Shown here: positions 1 to 10,888 of the stretch, piece after piece
Layout: every line of letters starts with the position of its first letter
Numbering within the stretch: position 1 is the first letter of the stretch
From: a virus
Virus record (IMG/VR): IMGVR_UViG_3300035696_000007
Span: 96,001-160,000 of that record
Direction: 5' to 3' (one strand)
Length of the DNA: 64,000 nucleotides
Made by a program: the position numbers and the translations under genes
The notes under the pieces: model-generated
Told to the model about the DNA's origin: nothing
What the model saw: only the letters and a program-made list of their open reading frames with translations
The model's database searches: none

Positions 1-2
1 AC

Positions 3-254
3 ATGCCCGACAAAACCACAGAGCAGCGCGTCAGGGAGATAGTCGTCAACCAGCTGAACGTGATGGAGGAGCAGGCCACCCCGGACGCGTCCTTCGTCGA
101 GGACCTGGGGGCCGACTCGCTCGACCTCATCGAGCTGGTGTTCGCCTTCGAGGAGGAGTTCAAGGCCGAGCTCAAGGCGCCGATCGGCGAGGCCGACGCC
201 GCGAAGCTGCGGACGGTGGGCGACGTGGTCGCCTACATCGACAAGCCTATTTAG
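3..254 (+). CDS. acpP: Acyl carrier protein
   Basis: DLGADSLD phosphopantetheine motif, acidic 83 aa, typical ACP helices. Confidence 0.95.
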   Translation: MPDKTTEQRVREIVVNQLNVMEEQATPDASFVEDLGADSLDLIELVFAFEEEFKAELKAPIGEADAAKLRTVGDVVAYIDKPI

Positions 255-257
255 TCC

Positions 258-779
258 ATGGACCCGCAGATGGCCGCCAAGCTCGGCGACGGGACCCTGA
301 TCGACTTCGGGGCCGGCTCGCACCTCCCGGTGCTGCTGGCCTGCCTGCGCGCGACGACCGGCCCGGTCCTGGAGATCGGCTGCGGCCACATCTCCACCCC
401 GTGCCTGCACTCGGCCTGCTGCCCCTGGCGACCGCTGGTGAGCCTGGAGGAGAACCCCCACTGGCTGGCCGTGTTCCAGGAGTGGGCGGTGGACGGCCAC
501 AGGGTCGAGGCGGACAGCCCGGAGAACCTGGCCCAGCACGCCCGGCAGCCATGGAGCGTGGTGTTCGTCGACGACAGCCCCGGCCCGCCGCGGGCCGAGA
601 ACGTGCGGCTGTTCCTGCCCGTGGCGGACTACGTGGTCGTGCACGACGCCCAGGGCGAGGACATCATGGTCCCGATGCGGCCGGTGATCGCGGGCGTGCC
701 CCACCAGCTGATGCACAGGCGCTTCTTCCCGTGGACGCTGGCGCTGAGCATGACGAGGCCCATCCCGGCCGTCGTCTAG
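258..779 (+). CDS. Class I SAM-dependent methyltransferase-like protein
   Basis: PVLEIGCG motif I, VVFVDD and VVVHD strands; TATTTA-N4-ATG upstream. Confidence 0.6.
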   Translation: MDPQMAAKLGDGTLIDFGAGSHLPVLLACLRATTGPVLEIGCGHISTPCLHSACCPWRPLVSLEENPHWLAVFQEWAVDGHRVEADSPENLAQHARQPWSVVFVDDSPGPPRAENVRLFLPVADYVVVHDAQGEDIMVPMRPVIAGVPHQLMHRRFFPWTLALSMTRPIPAVV

Positions 780-1165
780 TTCTCCGGCGCGTCGTGGTGG
801 TCGGGCGCCAACTCCTGGGCGCGCTCGGACGGGCGACGCCCCGGCCGGCGCATCCTCTCGTCGTAGGAGAGGAACTCCCTGTCGCGGTAGGCCGAGCCGA
901 ACTTGGCGTGCGTGACGTGGACGTCCCCGTTCGCGGGGTCCATCAGCTCGTCCACCCACGCCGTGCCCACTTCGCCGCCCTGCATCTGCACGTGCCTCAG
1001 AAGCCCGTTCTTCAGGGCCGCCAGCGCCTCCTGCTCGGTGCGGCCATAGGCGTCGAAGGAAAAGTGCCGGGTGTCCACGCTGGCGTGGCAGAGGTCGCCC
1101 TTCATCAGGTCGGCGACGCGGAACTCCCCCTCGGCCTCGCAAAGCCGCTGGATCACGGATCTCAT
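776..1165 (-). CDS. Small late protein, putative head-internal protein
   Basis: N-term RSVIQRLCE motif; TAGTTA-N4-ATG. Confidence 0.6.
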   Translation of the reverse strand: MRSVIQRLCEAEGEFRVADLMKGDLCHASVDTRHFSFDAYGRTEQEALAALKNGLLRHVQMQGGEVGTAWVDELMDPANGDVHVTHAKFGSAYRDREFLSYDERMRRPGRRPSERAQELAPDHHDAPEN

Positions 1166-1172
1166 GCCGTAA

Positions 1173-1853
1173 CTACCGGCCGACCTCGCGGACGGCCTTC
1201 CCCAGGCGGATGGCCAGCTTGCGCACGACCTCGCGGCCCTGCGGGGTGGTCTTGGCGAACTTGGCCTTGAGGGCGTCCTCGTCGATGGCCAGGGCGCTGA
1301 TCTTCTGGATCTGGCCCAGCAGGTCGCTGATGTTGACGGCGCCCGAGTCGATCCTGGCCTGGATCTTGTCCTCCACCTTGAGCAGGAGCTCCAGCAGGGC
1401 GAGCCGCTCCGTGGGGCTGAGCTCGCTGCGGTAGGCCTGGACGATGAGGCCGTGCTCCAGGTGGGACCGGGCCTGCGCCACCACCACGGCCCGGATGAAC
1501 GTGTGGGCGAGGATGATCTGCTTGACGACCTCGGCGCGCTGGTCCTGGTGGGAGATGAGGCGGGAGATGGTCGGGTAGAGGTGGGCGACCGGCTTGCCGT
1601 CCTGGGTGTTGAGGATCAGCTCGCGCAGGGCGGTGAGCGCCACGTCGGCGGCGGGCGGGATGGGCGGGACGAGGGTGGCGGGGACGGCCACGCCGAACTT
1701 CACCAGGGCGGCGGACTCCTCCTGCTCGGTCGCCAGGACGCGGGCGAGCGTGTCCGCCAGCTCGTCGGCGGCGCCGCCGAGGAGCTTGTCGATGGGCAGG
1801 GCGGGCAGCGGGACCAGCCTAGCCGGCACCGGCCTGTGGAGGCGGCGGGGCAT
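1173..1853 (-). CDS. Hypothetical helical protein
   Basis: ORF with GC3-biased codons, tiles with neighbours. Confidence 0.6.
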   Translation of the reverse strand: MPRRLHRPVPARLVPLPALPIDKLLGGAADELADTLARVLATEQEESAALVKFGVAVPATLVPPIPPAADVALTALRELILNTQDGKPVAHLYPTISRLISHQDQRAEVVKQIILAHTFIRAVVVAQARSHLEHGLIVQAYRSELSPTERLALLELLLKVEDKIQARIDSGAVNISDLLGQIQKISALAIDEDALKAKFAKTTPQGREVVRKLAIRLGKAVREVGR

Positions 1854-1862
1854 GCGGGGCCG

Positions 1863-2060
1863 TCACCCGAAGATCTGCCGCTTGACCTCGACCTTGGGCG
1901 CTGGGGCCGCGCCGCCGGCCTCCTGAAGCTTCTGCTTGCGCTTCTCAACCTCGGCCTGGGCCGCCTGCTCGTCGGGGAACGTCGCGCCGTCGCGGCGCAC
2001 GCCGCCCTCCGTCACGACGAACTGCTCCCCCGGCTGCTTCGATGTTTCCTTTGTGGGCAT
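1863..2060 (-). CDS. Hypothetical protein
   Basis: 65-aa ORF preceded by GTTCT-N7-ATG. Confidence 0.55.
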   Translation of the reverse strand: MPTKETSKQPGEQFVVTEGGVRRDGATFPDEQAAQAEVEKRKQKLQEAGGAAPAPKVEVKRQIFG

Positions 2061-2121
2061 ACGATTGAGAACAGCATAAGTACCGGCCAGCCGCCAGCAA
2101 ATCGTCGGGGCTAATTAGTTC

Positions 2122-4557
2122 GTGGCCCTACCTCTGAACGCCGGGCAGCTTTGCACCACGCTGGACAGCCTCAAGATCCTGGCGATCTCGACGCTGTCCA
2201 AGCTGACCGGGAGGCTGTACGCGCTGCGCAGGCTGGCGAGCCTGCTGGAGCTGGCGGGCGACTCGATCACGCTGCCCGACCCGTCGACGCTCATCCCGTA
2301 CAACCTCGTCGACCCGACCCTCTACAACCAGATCGCGGACGCCTGCCCGGGGCTGCTGCCGCCGCTCGACCCCTTCAACGTCGGGGTGAACCTGCTGCGC
2401 CAGATGGTGCGGGACGCCTACGCCAACCTGGCGGACTCGCTGCTGGAGCACCCCTACGAGAAGCTGATGGGCCTCGACAGCGAGCTGAACGGGCTGGTCA
2501 ACCAGGCGGCCACGGGGCTGGCCAACGCGGCCATCCCGCCGCTCTCGGCGCTCGACTGCGTCACGGCCGTCTGCGCGATCGGCGGCGTGGGCGACCCGTC
2601 GGCCCCGTCCGTCATCCCTTCGGTCTCGCCCGACCTGATCGCCGGAGTCGCGCAAGCCATCCAGACCGGCGGGGCGTCCTCGATCACCGCCTTGAGCGCC
2701 TCGCAGAAGCAGAAAGCTGCGCAGATCAAGGCCCTCATCGCGCAGGTCAAGGAGCTGGCGGCCGGGCCAGCCACAGCAACGGCCGCTACGACCGTTTCCT
2801 CGGCGGGCACGACGGCGCCCGCCACCAAGGCGACGCCGGCCCAGCGCACCGCGGCCATCCAGCAGATGGGCGTCGTGACGACCGGCACCCCCGGCGGCGG
2901 GGGCTTCGGCGCCGGCAATCAAGGGCCGCAGGGGGCGCAAGGGGCGCAGGGGGCGCAAGGAACCTCCGGCTTCCTCGGGGGCACGGGCCCGCAGGGCCCG
3001 CAAGGCTACCAGGGCGCGTTCGGCGGCCCGCAGGGCATCACCGGCCCGCAGGGGCCGCCCGGCACCCAAGGCCCCCGCGGCTTCCAAGGCAGCCCCGGCC
3101 CCCAGGGCAACCAGGGCAACCAGGGCAACCAGGGGAACCAGGGCTACCAGGGCTACCAGGGCAGCACCGGGCCGCAAGGGTTCCAGGGCTACCAGGGTTC
3201 CACGGGCACCCAAGGGAAGACGGGCGCCCAGGGCTCCACGGGGGTTGGGACGCAGGGGGCCCAGGGCGCGACCGGCCCGCAGGGGGCGTTCGGGGGGCCG
3301 CAAGGCGCGACCGGCCCGCAGGGGTACCAGGGCTACCAAGGGAGCACGGGCGCCCAGGGCACCCCAGGCACCGGGGCCCAGGGCTACCAGGGCCTCCAGG
3401 GCAGCACGGGCGCCCAGGGGTACCAGGGCAGCACCGGAACCCAAGGCGGCACCGGCACCCAGGGCTACCAGGGCAGCACGGGCCCGCAGGGCGCGTTCGG
3501 GGGGCCGCAGGGCGACACGGGGCCCCAGGGCTACCAGGGCCTCCAGGGGAGCACCGGCCCGCAGGGCAACCAAGGCTTTCAAGGCCTGCAAGGCTCGACC
3601 GGAACCCAGGGGTACCAGGGCCTCCAGGGGAGCACCGGGGCGCAGGGGTACCAAGGCCTGCAGGGCAGCACCGGCTCCCAAGGGAACCAGGGCTACCAGG
3701 GCAAGACCGGGAACCAAGGCTACCAGGGCAGCACGGGCACGCAAGGCTACCAGGGCTATCAGGGGAGCACCGGCGTCCAGGGCTACCAGGGCGTCCCAGG
3801 CACCGGGGCGCAGGGGTACCAGGGCTACCAGGGGAGCACCGGGGCGCAAGGGTACCAGGGCGGCACCGGAACCCAGGGGTACCAGGGCCTGCAAGGCGAC
3901 ACAGGGCCACAGGGCGCGTTCGGGGGGCCGCAGGGAGCCACGGGGGCGCAGGGCTACCAGGGCCTCCAGGGCAGCACCGGCCCGCAGGGCGGAACGGGGG
4001 CCCAAGGCTACCAGGGCCTCCAAGGGGCGACCGGAACCCAGGGGTACCAGGGCCTCCAGGGCAGCACGGGCGCCCAAGGCTACCAGGGCCTCCAGGGGGG
4101 CACGGGCGTCCAGGGCGCGACCGGCACGCAAGGGTACCAGGGCGTCGTTGGCTCGACGGGGAGCCAGGGCGTCCAGGGCAGCACGGGCGCCCAGGGATTC
4201 CAGGGCAGCACGGGCCCGCAGGGCTACCAGGGGAGCACCGGCGTCCAGGGCTACCAGGGCTACCAGGGCGGCACCGGCACGCAGGGGGCGTCGGGCACGG
4301 GGGCGCAGGGGCCGCAAGGCGACACCGGGCCGCAAGGCTCCTACGGGGGGCCCCAGGGCGCGACCGGCGCCCAGGGCTTCCAGGGCGACACCGGCCCGCA
4401 GGGCGCGTCCGGGTTCCTCGGGGGCACCGGCCCGCAGGGCGCCACCGGCCCGCAGGGCTACCAGGGCGGCGCGGGCGCCACGGGCCCGCAGGGGGCGCAG
4501 GGGGCGCAAGGCAGCGGGGCGGTCCTCGATTGGGTCTCCGTCTGGCTGATTACTTAA
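2122..4557 (+). CDS. Collagen-like virion fibre protein
   Basis: About 530 aa of G-X-Y repeats ([12 protein letters not shown]) after a helical N-domain; TAATTA-N4-GTG. Confidence 0.85.
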   Translation: MALPLNAGQLCTTLDSLKILAISTLSKLTGRLYALRRLASLLELAGDSITLPDPSTLIPYNLVDPTLYNQIADACPGLLPPLDPFNVGVNLLRQMVRDAYANLADSLLEHPYEKLMGLDSELNGLVNQAATGLANAAIPPLSALDCVTAVCAIGGVGDPSAPSVIPSVSPDLIAGVAQAIQTGGASSITALSASQKQKAAQIKALIAQVKELAAGPATATAATTVSSAGTTAPATKATPAQRTAAIQQMGVVTTGTPGGGGFGAGNQGPQGAQGAQGAQGTSGFLGGTGPQGPQGYQGAFGGPQGITGPQGPPGTQGPRGFQGSPGPQGNQGNQGNQGNQGYQGYQGSTGPQGFQGYQGSTGTQGKTGAQGSTGVGTQGAQGATGPQGAFGGPQGATGPQGYQGYQGSTGAQGTPGTGAQGYQGLQGSTGAQGYQGSTGTQGGTGTQGYQGSTGPQGAFGGPQGDTGPQGYQGLQGSTGPQGNQGFQGLQGSTGTQGYQGLQGSTGAQGYQGLQGSTGSQGNQGYQGKTGNQGYQGSTGTQGYQGYQGSTGVQGYQGVPGTGAQGYQGYQGSTGAQGYQGGTGTQGYQGLQGDTGPQGAFGGPQGATGAQGYQGLQGSTGPQGGTGAQGYQGLQGATGTQGYQGLQGSTGAQGYQGLQGGTGVQGATGTQGYQGVVGSTGSQGVQGSTGAQGFQGSTGPQGYQGSTGVQGYQGYQGGTGTQGASGTGAQGPQGDTGPQGSYGGPQGATGAQGFQGDTGPQGASGFLGGTGPQGATGPQGYQGGAGATGPQGAQGAQGSGAVLDWVSVWLIT

Positions 4558-4560
4558 AAC

Positions 4561-4917
4561 ATGGCCCAGCAACACAGCAGCCTAGGGTACATCCAGTACG
4601 TCCCGCCGAGCCCCGGGGCGGTCTACGTGAACGGCTCCGGCACGCGCGCCTACATCCGCGGCCTCTACTTCTTCAACGCGAACCAGGCCGCCGTCGAAAC
4701 GGTGAAGGCCTACGCCGTGCCCATGATGGGCGGCACGGTCGCGACCGCCGGCACGCAGAACCAGTTTTTCAGCTTCAACCTCCAGCCGAACCAGGGGGTC
4801 TCGCTGGAGCTGCCGGGGCCGGGCCTCATCCTGATGACCCAGTACGACTCGATCCAGGCCTCGACCACCACGGCCGCCCACGTCACCTGCCTGATCTTCG
4901 GCGACTACGACTGCTGA
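4561..4917 (+). CDS. Putative virion structural protein
   Basis: Beta-rich 118 aa; TACTTA-N4-ATG; follows fibre gene. Confidence 0.6.
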   Translation: MAQQHSSLGYIQYVPPSPGAVYVNGSGTRAYIRGLYFFNANQAAVETVKAYAVPMMGGTVATAGTQNQFFSFNLQPNQGVSLELPGPGLILMTQYDSIQASTTTAAHVTCLIFGDYDC

Positions 4918-4918
4918 C

Positions 4919-5539
4919 ATGCTCCGAATAATCACCCCGGACCCCTCCGCCGGGTGCATGACGCCCGGCGCCTACGGCTTCAACCAGCTCCCGGTCGTGT
5001 CCGGCTTCGGCACGACCTCGGCGGTCGAGGTCGGCGACGATTTCCAGCAAATAATGTCGCTCGTGGGCGCCGGCACCTACCCGTGGAACATGCCCAACGT
5101 GCCCGCCTTCGACAACATCGTGGGCAGCACCCCGTGGGGCGGCCCGGGCATCTTCGCCGCCGTCGACTACGCCCAGGCCACCGACGACTTCCAGGGCGAC
5201 CTCAGCATCGCCGGCACGCTCTACGACGTCTACGGCGGGAGCTACTGGCTGGCCGACGGCTCGCTGGCCAGCGTCGACTACACCTACGCGAACGACGATT
5301 TCCAGGCCGACGCGGTCGGCACGTACGCCACGCTCTCCGGCGGCTACAACTGGGGCGGCACGATCTTCTCCACCGGCACGCTCTTCACCAACGACTATCC
5401 GGTCGTGGACAACGACGACTTCCAGTCCTACCAGACCAACCCCGGCGTCGGCGGCGTGGTGCCGTCGGGCGGGACCATCACCACGCTGGCCGGCGGCAAC
5501 GGCTGGGCCGCCGGCGGCACCTTCGTCTCCCCAACCTAA
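4919..5539 (+). CDS. Putative virion structural protein with DDFQ repeats
   Basis: Four DDFQ..(L)xGGxxW units; Gly/Thr/Asp rich. Confidence 0.6.
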   Translation: MLRIITPDPSAGCMTPGAYGFNQLPVVSGFGTTSAVEVGDDFQQIMSLVGAGTYPWNMPNVPAFDNIVGSTPWGGPGIFAAVDYAQATDDFQGDLSIAGTLYDVYGGSYWLADGSLASVDYTYANDDFQADAVGTYATLSGGYNWGGTIFSTGTLFTNDYPVVDNDDFQSYQTNPGVGGVVPSGGTITTLAGGNGWAAGGTFVSPT

Positions 5540-5540
5540 C

Positions 5541-6281
5541 ATGGCATCCTCAGGCTTCATCTGGGCAGTGAACGGGGGCACCGACGTAGTGATCCTCCCC
5601 GACCCGCGCGCCGCCTACCGGCGCCAGTCCCTGATCGGCACGAGCTGGAACGAGGTGCGGCTCGGCATCCTCTACACCTGGGTCCCGTCCGTCTCCAGCG
5701 ACGCCGCCTGCTCGACGGAGGCCATCACGGCGGCCAGCTGCCTCGACTGGTTCACGCTCGGCCTGAAGGACGACTCGGACACCGCGCCCGGCCGGGCGGG
5801 CTCCACGTTCATCGGCTTCTGCTTCCCCGGCACGACCGCCACCTACACGGTGACGGTGAACAGCAACGCCAGCGGCACCGCCAACCTCCAGACGTCCAGC
5901 AACCACTCCTACGTCGCCAGCATCAACGGCACCTCGCTCCTCTCCACGGACAACATCGACGCCACCCTCACCATCCAGTACCCGATCTTCAGCACCGGCA
6001 ACGTGTGCGCCTTCCTGGCCCTGAAGCTGGTGGTGAACAACGCCGGCCTCTCCAACCAGACGGTGACGCCGTCCGTCAACACCACCACCGGGCCGGCCAC
6101 CGACCTCAGCGTAAACAACATCCGCAGCCTGCTCTTCTCCTCGACCTACACCGCCTTCTCCGCGCTCACCTGGAACAGCGGCGGCGTGGCGCTGGCGCTG
6201 CCGTCGGACTTCTACGTGCGCGCCCCGTTCAACAACAACCGCATCCGGCTCAGCTGCCACGAGGTGCTCAAGATCTCCTAG
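5541..6281 (+). CDS. Putative fibre-tip/receptor-binding protein, paralog 1
   Basis: Shares WNEVRL, DW..GLKD, VVNNAGLS, WNSGGVALALP with next two ORFs. Confidence 0.6.
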   Translation: MASSGFIWAVNGGTDVVILPDPRAAYRRQSLIGTSWNEVRLGILYTWVPSVSSDAACSTEAITAASCLDWFTLGLKDDSDTAPGRAGSTFIGFCFPGTTATYTVTVNSNASGTANLQTSSNHSYVASINGTSLLSTDNIDATLTIQYPIFSTGNVCAFLALKLVVNNAGLSNQTVTPSVNTTTGPATDLSVNNIRSLLFSSTYTAFSALTWNSGGVALALPSDFYVRAPFNNNRIRLSCHEVLKIS

Positions 6282-6295
6282 GCCTACTTACTACG

Positions 6296-7030
6296 ATGGG
6301 CGAAATCCAACAGATGTCGGTCACGCAGGACGTGGTGCTGATCCAGGAGCCGCGCGAGTACTACCTCCGGGCGCCCCCGTGGACCACCTGGACGGAGGTG
6401 CGGCTGGCGATGATGTTCACGATGGTCCCCACGGGGAACTTCTCGTCCTACGCGCCCGCCGAGACCATCGGGCCCCTCACCAACCCCAGCGCCACCTACC
6501 TGGACTGGTTCTGCTGGGGCCTGAAGGACACCTCCAGCAACCTGCCGGGCGCCGCCGGCAGCCAGTTCATCGGCCTGGGCTGGGGGAGCGGCGGGGTCGC
6601 CATCGCCCTGGCCAGCAACCTGTCCGGCAACGGGAACATCGGGAGCGGCGGCGCCCAGATCTACATCGCCCAGAACGGGGCGACGAACGTCGCGACCAGC
6701 ACCGACGCCGGCTTCGTGCTCAGCTTCCCGCAGTACTCCCCGACCGCCTACTGCTTCACCAACGGGCTGAGGTTCGTCGTGAACAACGCGGGCCTGTCCA
6801 CCCAGACGGTCACCGCCAGCTACTACGCCAACATCGCCAGCCTCGCCGGCGACTACAGCGTCGCCAAGCTGCGCACGGACACCTTCAACACCTCATATTC
6901 GGGCTCCAAAACCCTCACCTGGAACAGCGGCGGCGTGGCGCTGGCGCTGCCGTGCTGCTGGTACCTGCGGATGCCCTTCAACCTCAGCCGCGCCAGGATC
7001 TCGACGATGGGCATGTGGAAGGTCTCCTAG
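6296..7030 (+). CDS. Putative fibre-tip/receptor-binding protein, paralog 2
   Basis: Starts MGEIQQMSVTQD after TACTTA; paralog motifs. Confidence 0.6.
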   Translation: MGEIQQMSVTQDVVLIQEPREYYLRAPPWTTWTEVRLAMMFTMVPTGNFSSYAPAETIGPLTNPSATYLDWFCWGLKDTSSNLPGAAGSQFIGLGWGSGGVAIALASNLSGNGNIGSGGAQIYIAQNGATNVATSTDAGFVLSFPQYSPTAYCFTNGLRFVVNNAGLSTQTVTASYYANIASLAGDYSVAKLRTDTFNTSYSGSKTLTWNSGGVALALPCCWYLRMPFNLSRARISTMGMWKVS

Positions 7031-7032
7031 CC

Positions 7033-7752
7033 ATGGGCGAAATCCAGCAGATGCCGGTGACGCAGGACGAGATCCTGATCCAGGAGCCGCGCGAGTCGTT
7101 CCTGCGCTCCCCGCCGTGGACCGCGTGGAACGAGGTGCGCCTGGGCATGACGATCACCTTCGTGCCGGTCGGCGTCTTCCAGCAGGCCTGCACGACCGAG
7201 ACCATCTACCCCTACTCCTATCTCGACTGGGTGTGCTGGGGGCTCAAGGACCCCTCGCTCAACCTCCCGGGGCAGGCGGGCGCCAGCTTCGTCGGCCTGG
7301 GGCTGGGGACCACGGGCGTGAGCAACGTCCTGAGCAACAACGCCAGCGGCACCGGGAACATCACCTGCGCCAGCAACAACGCCCTGGTCAGCGTCTACGG
7401 GACCTCCGTCCTGACCAAGTCCGCCGACACCGGGACGGTCATCCAATTCCCGCAGTACTCCGCCACGCTGTACTGCTTCACCTCCTGCATGAGGCTGGTG
7501 TTGAACAACTCGGGGCTGTCGAACCAGACCATATCCGCCCAGTGGGTCCAGAACACCGCGAGCCTGGCCGGCGACTACAGCGTCAACAAGCTGCGCACGG
7601 ATCTCTTCAACAGCGCCTACGGCTCAACCTACACCCTGACCTGGAACAGCGGCGGCCAGGCGCTGACCCTCCCGTACTGCTGGTATCTGCGGATGCCCTT
7701 CCTCCTGAACCGCGCCCGGATCTCCGCGCTGGCGATGTTCAAAGTGTCCTGA
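7033..7752 (+). CDS. Putative fibre-tip/receptor-binding protein, paralog 3
   Basis: Starts MGEIQQMPVTQD; paralog motifs. Confidence 0.6.
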   Translation: MGEIQQMPVTQDEILIQEPRESFLRSPPWTAWNEVRLGMTITFVPVGVFQQACTTETIYPYSYLDWVCWGLKDPSLNLPGQAGASFVGLGLGTTGVSNVLSNNASGTGNITCASNNALVSVYGTSVLTKSADTGTVIQFPQYSATLYCFTSCMRLVLNNSGLSNQTISAQWVQNTASLAGDYSVNKLRTDLFNSAYGSTYTLTWNSGGQALTLPYCWYLRMPFLLNRARISALAMFKVS

Positions 7753-9303
7753 CCGGGCGCCGCGCTCAACCCGACCCCACAATCTCCTTCCACGGCAGCG
7801 GCACGCCCATCTGGTCGAGCGCCTGCCGCGCCATCTTCGGCAGCCACGGCGGGGCGGGCTTGGACGGCAGGACGTGGGCGCCCCACTCGATGAGACCGCC
7901 GCCGTCGGGGTCGATGGTCAGCACGCGGCGGCCACCGAGCTCGGGGCGGGCCACCCGGTAGGCGTTCATGCTGGGCAGCGGGGAGCCAAGCTGGTAGGCC
8001 ATGACCATCACGCCCTCCAGCCTGTGCTCGGCCACCGGCACCGGGTCGCCGGGTTTGGCGCCCTTGACGTACCAGGCGTCCATGACGAAGCCGAAGTGCA
8101 CCGCCTCGAACGCGAGGGCCATGAGGCGCATAATCTGAAGGTAACGGGGGTTGCGCTCCGGCCCGGCGTCGAAGCACACGGTCACGAGCTCGCCGCCCCG
8201 GCGCTGGAGGGCGGCGGTGATGGGCGGGCACCCGTCGCCGGAGTAGGCCCGGCGGGCGATGCCGTCCAGCTCCTTGAAAAACTCCACGAAGTCGGGTCTG
8301 CCGGGCGCGTCCATGGCAACTAACTAGAACCCCTCCACTCCCCGTCGAAGTCCTCCCGCCGGGCGGGGTCGATCATCTCGACGGCGACCCTGTGGGCCAC
8401 CGGCGAGTGGAAGCCGCCGGGCGTCGAGATGCTCTCACTGACCCGGTAGAGCCTGCCGCGGAAGAAGGTCCTGAACACGCGCCGCTCGTTCGTCCGCTGG
8501 TCGAACGCCAGCGGGAAGCCCTCCCGCTCCAGCCGCAGCTGGACGAGGTCGGCGCAGTCGGAGCAGAAGAACCATCCGAACCGGCCCGGCTTCCTGACGA
8601 ACTTGACGTTGACGGTCACGGACGAGGCAGGTAGGCGAACAGGAAGGACTCCAGCAGCTTGACCGGGGGTGTCTCGCCCCTGCGGCGGCTACGCAGCCGG
8701 AGCGCCGAAGCGGCGCCCGCCACGGGGCCCATGTAACCGAGGGTAGCGGCGAGCAACATCGCCCTGGCCAAGCGGGACGAGCACTCGCCCCGCGCCAACA
8801 CGCAGCTGATCGCCATCAAGGACACGGAACAGCACTGCTCGACGCGCATCTCGGACGCGCGGCTGCGCAGGCCCATGTCCACGGCCAGTGCGCCGCACTG
8901 ACACTTGATGAAGTTGTGGAGGGCGCGCTCGACCAGCGCGGAACCAAGGCAGCGCACATCCTGGCGCCGCCGGGTGACGCGACGGCGCCACAGAACATCC
9001 GCAGGACAGCCAGCGCGATGGCGCAGGACGGTCACCAGCGACCGGCTCCAGCGGGCGTCGCCCTGCCACTTCCAGGAGTACTTCGCGCTCATGGGGGGAG
9101 CGTGACACGTCGGGCCGCGTTTGTAAACAAAAAAGTCTATGACATTCTGTCGGCACGCCGCCTGATCCACACGCCACCCCCGACCCCGGCGAGGAGGAAG
9201 GCGAGGCTCCAGAGGGGCGACGACGAGCCCCACGACAGCCGGCCCATGATGAAGAAGGCGGCCAGCAGCACCGAAACGGGCAGTGCGAAGATCTTCACCA
9301 TGC

Positions 9304-9552
9304 TCACCCCCCGTTAAGGAAGCGCCCAATCTCCCGGGCCAGCCGCAGGGCCTCACCGCCGGTGTCGGCCGAAATCTCGACGCACGGCCCGGCGCTCAGC
9401 GCGACGCTGGCGCTCAGGACGGACCGCCACCTCTCCCCGGGTGGCTGCTGCGTCGCGACCACCCGCCACGGCCCCCACCCTGCCGCGGGCGCCGAACCGC
9501 TTGACGGCGGCGCCGCATCGCCGAAGTCGAACCTACGGATGGGGCGGGCCAT
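9304..9552 (-). CDS. Hypothetical protein with N-terminal IRRFDF motif
   Basis: MARPIRRFDFGD start overlapping upstream gene. Confidence 0.5.
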   Translation of the reverse strand: MARPIRRFDFGDAAPPSSGSAPAAGWGPWRVVATQQPPGERWRSVLSASVALSAGPCVEISADTGGEALRLAREIGRFLNGG

Positions 9553-9939
9553 AGACCTCCTCAACCGCACGGTCGGCGGCGTGGACAGACAAGCCGATCC
9601 ACCCGGGGTTTTTGTCGAGGGTGCACTTGAACACCGTCCACCAGAGCACGGCGCGATCGCCGGCCAGCACCTTGTCGGCCGGGAGCTGAGCGAGCGGCTT
9701 AGCGTCGGCGGGCATGTTGACCACGACCAGCGGGTGGCGATGGACGTACAACCCGAGGGAGAACGCCACGAGCCCGGCGAGCAGAACCCCCACAAGGAAC
9801 CTTTCGAGGCTGATTGATTTGGGCATAAGCTGTTTGCACCCCCAGGCCCACCATCCCAGGGCGACCAGCAGAACCAGGCCGAAGCCGATAGTCTTCGACC
9901 AGACGGGGTGCTCCCTGATGAACCGGGTCGGGTCGTCCA

Positions 9940-10275
9940 TCAGTCCGGCTCCTCCTGGGTGCGGCGCTCCGCAGGCGGGCGGCCCTTCCGGGGCGCGGGG
10001 AGGACGCCGGTCCCGATGGCGACGAGCCGCACGTCCCTCTTCGTCTCCTCGTCGAAGACCGTGCCCGCCTCCTTGAGCACGCCCTTCTGCACCAGCCCGG
10101 TGATCCTGGGCCGCACGGTGTTCGGGTCCTGGTAGCCGAGGGCCATCAGCTGCCGGTCCGTCATGGGGACGCCGGCCACCCGGAGGCTGGCGAGAATCCT
10201 CACCGCCCGCTTCTGCGCCTTCCCGCTCGCGACGAGCTTGTCGTGGGAGGCTGCCGAGTTGTCGTGCACGCCCAT
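9940..10275 (-). CDS. Winged-helix DNA-binding protein
   Basis: MTDRQLMALG..NTVRPRITGLVQKGVLKEAG wHTH pattern. Confidence 0.6.
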   Translation of the reverse strand: MGVHDNSAASHDKLVASGKAQKRAVRILASLRVAGVPMTDRQLMALGYQDPNTVRPRITGLVQKGVLKEAGTVFDEETKRDVRLVAIGTGVLPAPRKGRPPAERRTQEEPD

Positions 10276-10458
10276 CAGCCCACCTCGTACTTCTCCTTGA
10301 GCCGGGCGACGGACGCCCGCTGCGCCGGGGTGAACTCCCTGCGGTCGAGGTTCGACTCTACGAACTCGGCCTCCCATTCGGTCAGGTTGGGCTCGCCGTC
10401 CAGCGCCTCGATCACGCGCCGGCACTCGTCGTCGGTGGGCAGGATCATGGTTCAGTAG

Positions 10459-10490
10459 TTAGGGTTATCAAAAGGAATGAGTTACTAATA
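10459..10490. repeat. 32-bp AT-rich site, copy 1
   Basis: TTAGGGTTATCA-AAAGGA-ATGAGTTACTAATA. Confidence 0.7.
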
Positions 10491-10492
10491 CT

Positions 10493-10888
10493 TCACCCGC
10501 CGACCCCGAAGCGGCCACCCTTGAACCTGACCCTGGTCAGGTCCTCCAGCGGGACGTAGGGCGAAAACCTGCTCGGGCTGTGGCTGTTGTCGAAGACGAA
10601 CTTCCCGTACACGGTCGTGGCGCCCACCGCCGTCCCGTCGTCCTGCAGCCAGACGATCATCTCGTCCCCGACCTCACGCCGATACTCCACCAGCGCGTCG
10701 CCGACCACCGGCTGGCCAACCAGCGAAATGCCCTCCGAAGCCTGGTCCAAGCCTTCCAGGTTGAAGAAGCGGCGGCGGTGCGGCAAGTAGTCGTACTCCC
10801 TGCGACAGAGGCGCTTGACCGTGATCCTCGCGGCGAAGGCGACGAGCACCACCCCAAGCAGGATCGGAATGAGAAGGAGCCAGTTCAT
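10493..10888 (-). CDS. Membrane-anchored hypothetical protein
   Basis: N-terminal hydrophobic helix MNWLLLIPILLGVVLVAFAA. Confidence 0.55.
   Translation of the reverse strand: MNWLLLIPILLGVVLVAFAARITVKRLCRREYDYLPHRRRFFNLEGLDQASEGISLVGQPVVGDALVEYRREVGDEMIVWLQDDGTAVGATTVYGKFVFDNSHSPSRFSPYVPLEDLTRVRFKGGRFGVGG

Noticed and set aside
2915-4515. CRISPR array or other non-coding repeat
   Set aside because: Repeats are in-frame 9/18-bp coding units with synonymous variation and no unique spacers; no cas genes
2128-4931. Long alternative-frame and antisense ORFs over the collagen gene (also 43504-46065, 46846-49068, 30271-31809)
   Set aside because: Shadow ORFs caused by high GC3 and repeats; Arg/Pro/Ala-rich nonsense translations
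5541-7752. Diversity-generating retroelement TR/VR pair
   Set aside because: Differences are not adenine-specific and there is no reverse transcriptase in the window
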